Positions 1-12,701 of a DNA stretch of 26,774 nt are shown piece by piece. Below the pieces are notes generated by a model that was given only the letters and a program-made list of their open reading frames with translations, was not told the DNA's origin and did not search any database. Every line of letters begins with the position of its first letter. Position 1 is the stretch's first letter. Origin of the DNA: Eubacteriales bacterium (lineage in GTDB: Bacteria; Bacillota; Clostridia; Christensenellales; CAG-138); contig JAQVRG010000002.1 in assembly GCA_028701165.1 (NCBI GenBank), positions 1-26,774 of the forward strand. The letters are read 5' to 3'. The translations under genes and the position numbers were made by a program.

Positions 1-1838
1 ACGACCTCTACCTTCATCATGGGTTCAAGCACCACCGAGCCGCCCTTCTCCATGGCTTCCTTCATGGCCATGCTGCCCGCGATCTTGAAGGCCATCTCCG
101 AGGAATCTACCTCGTGGGAGCTGCCGTCCAGCAGCGTCGCCTTGAAGTCAACAAGCTCGTAGCCGCCCAGCGCGCCGCTGTGCGAAGCCTCCTCGATGCC
201 CGCCTTGACGGGCTGGATGAACTCCTTGGGGACGCTTCCGCCGATGGTCTTGTTCTCGAACACGAAGCCGCTGCCGGGTTCGCCCGGCTCGACCTGCACG
301 ATCACATGGCCGTACTGGCCGTGGCCGCCCGTTTGACGCACGAATCGTCCTTCGGCCTTGACGGGCTTGGTGATGGATTCGCGGTACGCCACCTGCGGGT
401 TGCCCACCTTGCACTCCACCTTGAACTCCCGTATCAAACGATCCACGATGATTTCAAGATGCAGCTCGCCCATGCCGGCGATGATGGTCTGTCCCGTTTC
501 GACGTCCGTATAGCTTTTGAAGGTAGGATCCTCTTCGGACAGCTTTTGCAGCGCCATCGACATCTTTTCCTGCCCCGCCTTGGTCTTTGGCTCAATCGCC
601 ACGCGAATGACGGGATCGGGAAACTCCATGCTCTCAAGCAGCACAGGCTGTCCCTGCGAGCAAAGCGTATCGCCCGTGCCGGTGTCCTTTAAACCGCCGA
701 TAGCCGCGATATCGCCCGCGTAAACGGCGTCTACCTCGGTACGGCTGGCCGCATGGATCAGCACCAGCTTGCCTATGCGTTCCTTACACTTCTTGGAAGC
801 GTTATACGCATAGGAACCTTCCTCCAGCTTACCGCTGTACACGCGGAAGAATGCGAGCTTGCCCACAAAGGGATCCGTTACGATCTTGAATACCAACGCC
901 GCAAAGGGCGCCTCGTCCGAACAGGGGATCTCGACGGGCGTTTCGCCGTCAAGCTTGGTCGCCACGGCGGGAGGCACATCCAGCGGGGATGGCATATAGT
1001 CCACAACGGCGTTAAGCAATAGCTGTACGCCTTTGTTACGGTAAGAAGTGCCGCAGGTAACGGGCACAAGGGTGTTGCGGATGGTTCCCTTGCGGATCGC
1101 GCCCATGATCTCCTCCTCGGAGAGGATGACGCCATCCAGATACTTATCCATCAGCTCCTCGTCCACGTCCGCCACGGCCTCCACCACAGCGTCTACCATG
1201 GCGTCCCGGTACTCCTGCGCCATATCGCGCATGTTCTCCGGGATCTCCTCCTCGCGCACGTCCTTGCCCTCGTCGTCATAGTAGACCTCCGCCTTCATCT
1301 TGACCAAGTCAATGATGCCGACGAAATCGGCTTCGCTGCCGATGGGAAGCTGGATGGGCACGGCGTTGGCGCTGAGCCTGTCTTTCATCACCTGCACGAC
1401 GTGGAAGAAGTCTGCGCCGGTTATGTCCATCTTATTGACATACGCGATGCGGGGCACGCCATATTTGCTCGCCTGATGCCAAACGGTCTCGGATTGGGGC
1501 TCTACGCCGCCTTTGGCGCAAAACACCGCCACCGCGCCGTCCAGCACGCGAAGCGAACGTTCCACCTCCACGGTAAAGTCGACATGACCCGGCGTATCGA
1601 TGATGTTGATGCGGCAGTTCTTCCAATAGCAGGTCGTAGCCGCCGACGCGATCGTAATACCGCGCTCCTGCTCCTGCACCATAAAGTCCATGGTCGCTGC
1701 GCCTTCGTGCACCTCGCCAAGTTTGTGGATGCGGCCCGTATAGAACAGCATACGCTCTGTCGTTGTGGTCTTACCGGCGTCTATATGCGCCATGATGCCA
1801 ATGTTTCTCGTGTTTTCCAGGGATGTATCACGCGGCAT
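1..1838 (-). CDS. fusA: Elongation factor G (3' end runs off the window; absent from the ORF track)
   Basis: Manual translation from ATG at 1838, with GGAGGT 7 nt upstream: [29 protein letters not shown]...ERGITI...DTPGHVDF...NKMD...GMGELHLEI...PQVAYRE...[13 protein letters not shown]...EPMMKVEVV. The frame stays open to base 1. It lies directly downstream of rpsG. Confidence 0.98.
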   Translation of the reverse strand, partial: MPRDTSLENTRNIGIMAHIDAGKTTTTERMLFYTGRIHKLGEVHEGAATMDFMVQEQERGITIASAATTCYWKNCRINIIDTPGHVDFTVEVERSLRVLDGAVAVFCAKGGVEPQSETVWHQASKYGVPRIAYVNKMDITGADFFHVVQVMKDRLSANAVPIQLPIGSEADFVGIIDLVKMKAEVYYDDEGKDVREEEIPENMRDMAQEYRDAMVDAVVEAVADVDEELMDKYLDGVILSEEEIMGAIRKGTIRNTLVPVTCGTSYRNKGVQLLLNAVVDYMPSPLDVPPAVATKLDGETPVEIPCSDEAPFAALVFKIVTDPFVGKLAFFRVYSGKLEEGSYAYNASKKCKERIGKLVLIHAASRTEVDAVYAGDIAAIGGLKDTGTGDTLCSQGQPVLLESMEFPDPVIRVAIEPKTKAGQEKMSMALQKLSEEDPTFKSYTDVETGQTIIAGMGELHLEIIVDRLIREFKVECKVGNPQVAYRESITKPVKAEGRFVRQTGGHGQYGHVIVQVEPGEPGSGFVFENKTIGGSVPKEFIQPVKAGIEEASHSGALGGYELVDFKATLLDGSSHEVDSSEMAFKIAGSMAMKEAMEKGGSVVLEPMMKVEV

Positions 1839-1876
1839 GGGTCATACCTCCTTTCCGCGGAGATTCTCTTTGGGGG

Positions 1877-2347
1877 TTACCACCTGTAATGTGCAAACGC
1901 CTTGTTGGCCTCTGCCATTTTATGGGTGTCTTCCTTCTTCTTGAAGGCGTTACCGGCGGAGTTGCAGGCGTCCATGATCTCGCCCGCGAGACGCTCCATC
2001 ATGGTGCGCTCGCTGCGGGCGCGCGCATAGGACACGAGCCAGCGAAGGCCTAGCGTCTGGCGGCGATCCGCACGGATCTCGATAGGCACCTGATAGGTCG
2101 CGCCGCCGACGCGGCGAGCCTTGACTTCCAGCACGGGCATGATGTTGTTCATGGCCTCTTGGAATACCTCGAGGGGCTCGCGGCCGGTCTTTTCCTTAAT
2201 GATCTCGAAAGCGCCGTAGCAGGCTTTCTGCGCGGTACCGCGCTTACCGTCCAGCATGACCTGGTTGATGAGCTTGGTTACGAGCGTTCCGCCGTACATA
2301 GGGTCTTCAAGAACTTCGCGCTTGGGTATAAATCCACGTCTAGGCAT
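1877..2347 (-). CDS. rpsG: 30S ribosomal protein S7
   Basis: 156 aa, MPRRG...[11 protein letters not shown]...[29 protein letters not shown] directly after the rpsL stop. Confidence 0.99.
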   Translation of the reverse strand: MPRRGFIPKREVLEDPMYGGTLVTKLINQVMLDGKRGTAQKACYGAFEIIKEKTGREPLEVFQEAMNNIMPVLEVKARRVGGATYQVPIEIRADRRQTLGLRWLVSYARARSERTMMERLAGEIMDACNSAGNAFKKKEDTHKMAEANKAFAHYRW

Positions 2348-2359
2348 AAAGCAACCTCC

Positions 2360-2734
2360 TTATTTCTTGGGGCGCTTTGCGCCGTAGAGGGAGCGGGCCT
2401 GCATACGGCCGGCTACGCCGGCGGTATCCAAAGCGCCGCGGATGATATGGTAACGCACGCCGGGCAGGTCCTTCACGCGGCCGCCGCGGATGAGCACCAC
2501 GGAGTGCTCCTGCAGGTTGTGGCCGATGCCGGGGATGTATGCGGTACCTTCGAGTCCGTCGGTCAGACGGACACGAGCGATCTTACGAAGAGCAGAGTTC
2601 GGTTTTTTGGGGGTCATCGTACGCACCGCGGTGCAAACGCCGCGACGCTGGGGGCACTGCTTGAGGATAGGCGCTGTGGACTTATACTCAACCTGCTCCC
2701 GGCCCTTGCGAACCAACTGGTTAATAGTCGGCAT
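2360..2734 (-). CDS. rpsL: 30S ribosomal protein S12 (short 124-aa form)
   Basis: [10 protein letters not shown]...PQRRGVC...[11 protein letters not shown]...[22 protein letters not shown] upstream. Confidence 0.99.
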   Translation of the reverse strand: MPTINQLVRKGREQVEYKSTAPILKQCPQRRGVCTAVRTMTPKKPNSALRKIARVRLTDGLEGTAYIPGIGHNLQEHSVVLIRGGRVKDLPGVRYHIIRGALDTAGVAGRMQARSLYGAKRPKK

Positions 2735-2889
2735 TCAAAAGTATCTCCTTACGTTTGTTTTTGTATATCTATATCAAGAAAATCCCCTGCAACCCCTTGA
2801 AGGGGATATTTTCCGCTATAGCAGGCGCGCATTTTTTGCAATCAAAATACGCACAGTCACTCATTATATCAAATGAGCACACCATGCGT

Positions 2890-2918
2890 ATTGTAGCATT
2901 CGGTCAAGCGGGTGTCAA
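2890..2918 (-). promoter_or_regulatory. SigA-type promoter for rpsL-rpsG-fusA
   Basis: Minus strand TTGACA (2918-2913), 17 bp, TACAAT (2895-2890), with an extended -10 TG. A second extended -10 (TGaTATAAT) lies at 2871-2863. Confidence 0.8.
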
Positions 2919-2954
2919 ACGTTTTTTACGCGGTTTGCCTCAAATATATTGCCG

Positions 2955-3707
2955 TTAGGCTTGATGCGCTTCGCCGCCGCTTAGCGGCTCCGTCCCCGTA
3001 TAGATGCCCTGCCGCATGCGCTTTTTGGCAAAAACGTAATGCGTAACGCCCTTATCGGCCTCGCTGATCTCAAACCAGCCCCGTTCGCGCATGCCGGCCA
3101 TAAGCGGCAGATCGAACACGCGCAGGTGCGTCTTCTCCTCCGCCGTTTTGCATAGACGCTTGCGCAGCAGGCCGCCCAGCAGGCACGCCGCCAGCACGAC
3201 CGCTAAGAATAGCACGATCGGCAGCGCGGGATGCACGCGCATGAAGCTCTCCCGGATGGGGCGTATGCTCATCAGCAGCAGCGCAAGCAGGCTGACGAAA
3301 AGCGTCGCCGCCGCAGGCAGATATTCGATCATTAGGATACGCTTGCGACAGGCCGAACAGCAGCTGATCTGCAACGGCACCATGGAGCCCGTGCGGGCGA
3401 TGGTCTTCATGCCGATAAAGTTGCTCTTGGTCGTCTTAGGCTCCAAGTTGCCGATATCCACATCCGCATACCATTCCCGTTTGCCCGGCTCCTCCTTGCA
3501 AAGCATACATTGCTCCGGGGTGAACAGCCCGCTCACGCCTTCCTCGGGCATCAGCGATATCGTCACGTCCAGATCGCGCTGCATGCGTTCGGCGTCCTCC
3601 CGGCTCATGCCGGCGACCGTACAGTTATCGCAGTCACGCATATGCAGCAGCGTGCAATATTTCGTGCCGTAAAAGCCGCAATCGGTTTTGGTACGCTCGT
3701 TTGCCAT
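2955..3707 (-). CDS. Uncharacterised Cys-rich membrane protein (250 aa, two predicted TM helices)
   Basis: ATG 11 bp after the rpoC stop, preceded by GAGGAG. Motifs C10-x7-C18-x7-C26-x2-C29, C67-x2-C70 and C116-C117-x2-C120. Hydrophobic stretches at about residues 124-148 and 161-181. Confidence 0.88.
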   Translation of the reverse strand: MANERTKTDCGFYGTKYCTLLHMRDCDNCTVAGMSREDAERMQRDLDVTISLMPEEGVSGLFTPEQCMLCKEEPGKREWYADVDIGNLEPKTTKSNFIGMKTIARTGSMVPLQISCCSACRKRILMIEYLPAAATLFVSLLALLLMSIRPIRESFMRVHPALPIVLFLAVVLAACLLGGLLRKRLCKTAEEKTHLRVFDLPLMAGMRERGWFEISEADKGVTHYVFAKKRMRQGIYTGTEPLSGGEAHQA

Positions 3708-3718
3708 AGCTTCTCCTC

Positions 3719-7273
<3,555 letters not shown>

Positions 7274-7299
7274 CGTTTCAATACTCCCTTCAGCCTTGG

Positions 7300-10200
7300 T
7301 TATTCGTCGTCCTCGGCGTCGATCACAGAGAAGCCGGCGTCGTCGAAGCTGTCCGTTTCATCATCGTCGTCGATTTCATCATCGTCGTCGAAATCGAAGT
7401 CTTCGTCGAGGTCGAACGCATCATCCGCGCCCATCTGCGCCGCGGGCGCGTCCTCGATGCCCGCGATGTTGACGTCTACGCGCACGTCGTCCTCGTCCTC
7501 CACCATCTCGCCGATCTTGATCTCCTCGTTGGTGTCGGAAAGCACCTTGATGTCAAGACACAGGGATTGCAGCTCCTTGATGAGCACCTTGAAGGATTCC
7601 GGCACGCCCGGCTCCGGCACGTTCTCGCCCTTGACGATGGCCTCGTAGGTCTTGACGCGGCCCACGACGTCGTCGCTCTTGACGGTAAGGATTTCCTGTA
7701 GGGTGTTGGCTGCGCCATACGCCTCCAACGCCCAAACCTCCATCTCGCCGAAGCGCTGCCCGCCAAACTGCGCTTTGCCGCCCAAAGGCTGCTGCGTGAC
7801 CAGCGAGTAGGGGCCTGTGGAGCGCGCGTGAATCTTATCGTCCACAAGGTGATGGAGCTTGAGGTAATACATATAGCCCACGGAAATGCGGTTTTCAAAG
7901 GGCTCGCCCGTACGGCCGTCGTAAAGCACGGTCTTGCCGCCGGGATCCCTGCCCGCCTGTACCAAAAGGTCTTTGATATCCTGCTCGGAAGCGCCGTCGA
8001 ATACGGGCGTGGCGATCTCCCAGCCAAGGGACTTTGCAGCCATGCCCAAATGCAGCTCCAAGACCTGCCCGATGTTCATACGGGAAGGCACGCCCAAGGG
8101 GTTCAGCACGATTTGCAGCGGCGTACCGTCTGGCAAGAACGGCATATCCTCCTCGGGGAGTATGCGGGAAATAACGCCCTTGTTGCCGTGGCGTCCCGCC
8201 ATCTTATCGCCCACGGAGATCTTGCGCTTCTGCGCGATGTACACGCGCACCAGCTCGTTGACGCCGGGGGAAAGCTCATCCTTGTTTTCGCGCGTGAACA
8301 CCTTGACGTCCACGATCACGCCGCCCTCGCCGTGCGGTACGCGCAGCGACGTGTCCCTGACCTCGCGCGCCTTCTCGCCGAAGATGGCGCGAAGCAGGCG
8401 CTCCTCCGCCGTAAGCTCCGTTTCACCCTTGGGGGTGACCTTGCCTACGAGGATATCGCCCGAACGCACCTCGGCGCCGATGCGGATGATGCCGCGCTCG
8501 TCAAGATCCGCCAGCGCATCCTCGCCGACGTTGGGGATATCGCGCGTGATCTCTTCCTCGCCAAGCTTGGTGTCGCGCGCTTCGGTTTCGTGCTCCTCGA
8601 TATGGATAGAGGTATATACGTCCTCTTTGACAAGCTTTTCGCTGATCAGTACAGCGTCCTCGTAGTTATAGCCTTCCCACGTCATAAAGCCGATGAGTAT
8701 GTTGCGCCCGAGCGCGATCTCGCCGTGGTCCGTGCTCGCGCCGTCGGCGATGACCTGCCCTGCTACGACATGGTCGCCAGCCTGCACGATGGGACGCTGG
8801 TTGATGCAGGTGCCCTGATTGGAGCGCTTGAACTTGATCAGATTGTACTTCTGTACGGCGTGGTTTTTATCCGATTCCACAAGGATGTGGGCGGCGTCCA
8901 CGCGCGTAACGACGCCGTCCTCGCGCGCGAGCACCACAACGCCGGAGTCGTGCGCGGCCTTGTATTCCATACCCGTGCCTACCATGGGCGCTTCGGGCAT
9001 GAGAAGGGGCACGGCCTGACGCTGCATGTTGGAGCCCATCAGGGCGCGGTTTGCGTCGTCGTTTTCAAGGAAGGGAATCATCGCCGTCGCCACGGAGACC
9101 AACTGCTTGGGCGAAACGTCCATGTAGTCGACCTCGGTGTTCTTGACCTCGATGATCTGGTCAAGATAACGCGCCACGACGCGGTTGGATTTGAACCATG
9201 TCTTGCCGTCCGTCACCTCGACCTTCTCGTTTGCCTGCGCGACGATGAAATCATCCTCCTCGTCGGCGGTCAGGTATACCACATCGTCGCTGATGGACTT
9301 GTTGACGGAATCCACGCGGCGGTACGGCGCTTCGATAAAGCCGTACTTGTTGATGCGCGCATAGGTGGACAGCGAGTTGATAAGCCCGATGTTGGGGCCT
9401 TCAGGCGTTTCAATGGGGCACATGCGGCCATAGTGGGAATAGTGAACGTCACGCACCTCAAAGGTGGCGCGGTCACGGTTCAAGCCGCCGGGGCCGAGTG
9501 CGGACAGACGGCGCTTATGCGTAAGCTCCGCAAGCGGGTTGGTCTGATCCATGAACTGCGAAAGCTGCGAGGAGCCAAAGAACTCCTTGATCGCCGCCGT
9601 TACGGGGCGGATATTGATGAGGTTGGAGGGCATGGCCGTTTCCATATCCTGCAGGCTCATGCGCTCGCGCACCACGCGTTCCAAGCGGGTAAGGCCGACG
9701 CGGATCTGATTTTGCAGCAGCTCGCCGACGCTGCGGATGCGGCGGTTGCCCAAGTGGTCGATATCGTCGGTGCGGCCGACGCCGTACTCCATGCCCATCA
9801 GATAGCTGATGGACGCGATGATATCCTCCGTCACAATGTGGCGGGGGATCAAGTCGTATACATGGCGCTTGAGGAACGCCTTGGCGGCCTCCTCGTCCAT
9901 CCCCTCGGCCTCGACCTGCGCAAGCAGCTCGACGAGCTTGGGATAAAGCACTTTCTCGTTGATGCCCGCTTCGGCGGGATCAAAGCGCAAATACTTGGAA
10001 GCGTCCACAAAACGGTTGCCGAGTATGCGAAGCGTGCGATCCTGTATCTGCACATACACGCCCTCGACGCCCGCGTTTTCAATGGCCTTCGCCTTAGCGC
10101 GGTCAAGCTTGTCGCCCTTTTGGGCTAAGATCTCGCCGGTAGAGGGGTCGATCACGTCCTCGGCGGCGATCTGGTTATACAAGCGCGACGCCAAGGAAAG

Positions 10201-11031
10201 CTTTTTATTGAATTTGTAACGGCCTACGCGCGCCAAATCATACCGCTTGTCAAAAAACAGGGAGTTGAGAAGGTTGCGCGCCGACTCCTCCGTGGGAGGC
10301 TCGCCGGGGCGCTGGCGCTTATAGATCTCGATCAAGCCGTCCTCGACGGACTTTGTCGTATCCTTTTCCAGCGTTTTAAGCAGGCGGTTCTCCTCGCCTA
10401 AAAGCTCGAGTATCTGCGCGTCTGTGCCATAACCCAGCGCGCGCAGGAGCGCTGTAATAAACACCTTGCGCTGGCGGTCGATCTTGACGTAGAGTATCTC
10501 GTTGCTGTCCGTTTCATATTCCAGCCATGCGCCGCGATTGGGGATGACCTGTGAGGAATAGAGGTTCTTGCCCTCCTTATCGATGGCGCTGCCGTAATAA
10601 ACGCCGGGTGAGCGGACAAGCTGGCTTACGATGACGCGCTCCGCGCCGTTGATGATAAAGGTGCCCTGTTGGGTCATCAACGGGAAGTCGCCCATGAAAA
10701 CGGGTTGTTCCTTGACCTCGCCCGTTTCCTTATTGATAAGACGCACGGTGACGCGAAGCGGCGCGGAATAATTGACGTCGCGCTCCTTGCACTCCTCCAC
10801 CGGATACTTCGGATGCTCAAAGTCGATGTTGTAATCCACAAACTCCAGCACGAGTTTTTCGGAATAATCCGTGATGGGCGAAATATCATCCAAAACTTCC
10901 TTGAGATCCTCTTCGACGAAGCGTTTATACGAATTCTTCTGCACTTCAATGAGGTCCGGCATTTCCAGAACTTCATTGATGCGGGAAAAACTCATGCGCT
11001 TGCGCGTACCCATTTGTACTTCATGCACCAT
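7300..11031 (-). CDS. rpoB: DNA-directed RNA polymerase beta subunit
   Basis: 1243 aa. [68 protein letters not shown] upstream and an acidic C-terminal tail. Confidence 0.99.
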   Translation of the reverse strand: MVHEVQMGTRKRMSFSRINEVLEMPDLIEVQKNSYKRFVEEDLKEVLDDISPITDYSEKLVLEFVDYNIDFEHPKYPVEECKERDVNYSAPLRVTVRLINKETGEVKEQPVFMGDFPLMTQQGTFIINGAERVIVSQLVRSPGVYYGSAIDKEGKNLYSSQVIPNRGAWLEYETDSNEILYVKIDRQRKVFITALLRALGYGTDAQILELLGEENRLLKTLEKDTTKSVEDGLIEIYKRQRPGEPPTEESARNLLNSLFFDKRYDLARVGRYKFNKKLSLASRLYNQIAAEDVIDPSTGEILAQKGDKLDRAKAKAIENAGVEGVYVQIQDRTLRILGNRFVDASKYLRFDPAEAGINEKVLYPKLVELLAQVEAEGMDEEAAKAFLKRHVYDLIPRHIVTEDIIASISYLMGMEYGVGRTDDIDHLGNRRIRSVGELLQNQIRVGLTRLERVVRERMSLQDMETAMPSNLINIRPVTAAIKEFFGSSQLSQFMDQTNPLAELTHKRRLSALGPGGLNRDRATFEVRDVHYSHYGRMCPIETPEGPNIGLINSLSTYARINKYGFIEAPYRRVDSVNKSISDDVVYLTADEEDDFIVAQANEKVEVTDGKTWFKSNRVVARYLDQIIEVKNTEVDYMDVSPKQLVSVATAMIPFLENDDANRALMGSNMQRQAVPLLMPEAPMVGTGMEYKAAHDSGVVVLAREDGVVTRVDAAHILVESDKNHAVQKYNLIKFKRSNQGTCINQRPIVQAGDHVVAGQVIADGASTDHGEIALGRNILIGFMTWEGYNYEDAVLISEKLVKEDVYTSIHIEEHETEARDTKLGEEEITRDIPNVGEDALADLDERGIIRIGAEVRSGDILVGKVTPKGETELTAEERLLRAIFGEKAREVRDTSLRVPHGEGGVIVDVKVFTRENKDELSPGVNELVRVYIAQKRKISVGDKMAGRHGNKGVISRILPEEDMPFLPDGTPLQIVLNPLGVPSRMNIGQVLELHLGMAAKSLGWEIATPVFDGASEQDIKDLLVQAGRDPGGKTVLYDGRTGEPFENRISVGYMYYLKLHHLVDDKIHARSTGPYSLVTQQPLGGKAQFGGQRFGEMEVWALEAYGAANTLQEILTVKSDDVVGRVKTYEAIVKGENVPEPGVPESFKVLIKELQSLCLDIKVLSDTNEEIKIGEMVEDEDDVRVDVNIAGIEDAPAAQMGADDAFDLDEDFDFDDDDEIDDDDETDSFDDAGFSVIDAEDDE

Positions 11032-11201
11032 CGTCCGTCTCTCCTAACCACCGTATAAGTACGGCTTATATTGTTGATACGCCCTATCAAGTAAGCATTT
11101 CCATCAAAAGGAAAAACATACCCGCGCATGATCAGCACCTTTGCTTTTGCACACGCAAAATGTGCCTAAAGGTGCAGACTACCATGCTGACGCAGTTTAT
11201 T

Positions 11202-11230
11202 ATTATATTGCTAGAGTGCAAATCTGTCAA
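11202..11230 (-). promoter_or_regulatory. Consensus SigA promoter for rpoBC
   Basis: Minus strand TTGACA (11230-11225), 17 bp, TATAAT (11207-11202). It implies a ~165-nt leader. Confidence 0.88.
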
Positions 11231-11337
11231 TAGGTTTGCGCTGTCAAGAAAGAATATTTTCTAGCGGGAAATCCCAAGCGGCGTCCGCAGCGGGCGCGGA
11301 CGCATAGGCCGGCGCGGGCGGCGCGGCAAAAGCGCGC

Positions 11338-12528
11338 TCACCGAACCCAAAGTCCGCGCGCCGCATCCCATGTATGCCCCGGCGGCGTAAGCCGGCAAGG
11401 ACGCTTTTCCCATCCGCCATCGATCAATCCAGCAAGCGTTTCCATAGGCGGGATCGCACCCGTGGCGGAATAGTCCGTAACGCACATAGCGCCCGCCGCA
11501 CAGGCTACGTTTACAGCCTCCTCCAAAGGCCGTCCGCGCAGCAGCGCCGCAAGGAAGCCCGCGATGCTGGTATCGCCCGCGCCTGTGGCGGAGGCGATCT
11601 TTTCCACGCAATACACAGGCGAAAACACGGAGCGGTTCGACCACGCCGCCGCGTTCTTTGGCGCGGCCTTGCCGAAGCGTTCTTCGCAAAACGCCGCCGC
11701 GTCCGCCGTTTTCGCGTAAAAGCCCAGCGAACCGCACTTGATCACGGCAACGGCGGCGCCCATGTTCAGAAGTTCGTCCGCAAGCGCTTCGATCTGCGCA
11801 AAGGCGATGTTTTTGAGTATGTCGCCATCCGCTTCCCTAAGCCGCTGAAATTCCGCCGGCGCGAGCATGCGCATCAGCTCCTCCACGCTGGGAAGCACCA
11901 TATCCGTATGCGGCAAAACGCTTGCAAGGAGTTTTCGCCAATCCACCGCCGCCATCGCTTCGGCGCTCGGATAGGCCATGTCCAAAGAGGTTGTAACGCC
12001 AAGCGTTTTCACCTTTCTAAGAATGCCGCAAAGCTCCGCCCCGTCGTCCGCATATAAGCGCCGCATGACGGACGGATACCCCACGTGGAACAGCCTAGCT
12101 TGGCGCACGATGGAAAAATCGACGTCCTCCCGCCCGAATTCGTTGTTGGCGGCGGGATTATGCAAAAAGATACGATCGCATCCCTGCGGGGCAAGCACCA
12201 CGCTGTAGGAGGTCGATTGTCCCTTCTTCGTGTGAAAGAACGTGCCGCCGCCGTTCGCCTTCTGCATCAGATCCCGCAGAATGGCGCTCACCTCGTCGTC
12301 GCCCACGCCTGCCATCAGCGCGGCGGATACGCCAAGCTTATTGAGCGCCAGCCCCGTATTGGATACGCTGCCGCCCGTGGACAGGGAAAGCGCGCCCGCA
12401 TCCAACAGCGCGCCCGGTACGAAAAAAGCGCCCGTATCGCCGTTGCAGGGCGCTAACAGCGCCGGCGTGATATCCAAACACACATGTCCGGCGCAAACCG
12501 CTTCGTAAGGAATGGTATTTCCGCACAT
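11338..12528 (-). CDS. PfkB/ribokinase-family carbohydrate kinase (396 aa; substrate unknown)
   Basis: N-terminal AGHVCLDI...TGGSVSNTGLAL and C-terminal anion-hole signature ATGAGDTSIAGFLAAL. I moved the start from the ORF-track 12681 to ATG 12528 (GGGAAGAG upstream), because the longer start overlaps the divergent promoter. Confidence 0.9.
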   Translation of the reverse strand: MCGNTIPYEAVCAGHVCLDITPALLAPCNGDTGAFFVPGALLDAGALSLSTGGSVSNTGLALNKLGVSAALMAGVGDDEVSAILRDLMQKANGGGTFFHTKKGQSTSYSVVLAPQGCDRIFLHNPAANNEFGREDVDFSIVRQARLFHVGYPSVMRRLYADDGAELCGILRKVKTLGVTTSLDMAYPSAEAMAAVDWRKLLASVLPHTDMVLPSVEELMRMLAPAEFQRLREADGDILKNIAFAQIEALADELLNMGAAVAVIKCGSLGFYAKTADAAAFCEERFGKAAPKNAAAWSNRSVFSPVYCVEKIASATGAGDTSIAGFLAALLRGRPLEEAVNVACAAGAMCVTDYSATGAIPPMETLAGLIDGGWEKRPCRLTPPGHTWDAARGLWVR

Positions 12529-12630
12529 TGATCTCTTCCCCCTATCATCTTCTTTGGAACCGATGGATGCAGCATAAATAGGATAGCATATCCCGCGCGG
12601 CGAAACAATCTCGCATTCCTCCCTCGCGGC

Positions 12631-12659
12631 TTGTATGCGCCCAAAGCGCGTGCTATAAT
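12631..12659 (+). promoter_or_regulatory. SigA-type promoter for the CPBP gene
   Basis: TTGTAT (12631-12636), 17 bp, TATAAT (12654-12659), with an extended -10 TG. GGGAGGT RBS downstream. Confidence 0.75.
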
Positions 12660-12701
12660 TGTTTTTTATTACAGTAACCATCGCATTGGGAGGTAAAGAT
12701 C

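Noticed and set aside
1828-1845. Mini-ORF MTHAA* overlapping the fusA start
   Set aside because: Its ATG abuts GGAGGT with zero spacing; the fusA ATG is at the proper 7-nt distance.
2360-2734. Streptomycin-resistance substitutions in S12
   Set aside because: The Lys residues in TPKKPNS and RVKDLPG are wild type.
7300-7440. Asp/Glu-rich low-complexity repeat at the RpoB C-terminus
   Set aside because: It is in-frame coding sequence. Acidic beta tails are common in Clostridia and it is not a separate repeat element.
9480-9585. Rifampicin-resistance allele (Ala at the E. coli Ser522 position)
   Set aside because: [13 protein letters not shown] is the normal Firmicutes sequence (as in B. subtilis), and the Gln/Asp/His/Arg/Ser contact residues are wild type.
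11281-11303. 8-bp GC hairpin after the PfkB gene as a terminator
   Set aside because: No U-tract on the minus strand, so I did not call it a terminator.
12581-12593. Palindrome GGATA-gca-TATCC between pfkB and the CPBP gene as an operator
   Set aside because: Only 5-bp arms, no second copy seen, and I could not place a pfkB promoter relative to it.
12529-12681. ORF-track N-terminal extensions of pfkB (12681), lysC (17318), ATPase (23731) and Na/Pi (25611)
   Set aside because: The extensions lack an RBS and overlap promoters, leaders or a terminator. The downstream ATGs have SD sequences and match family N-termini.
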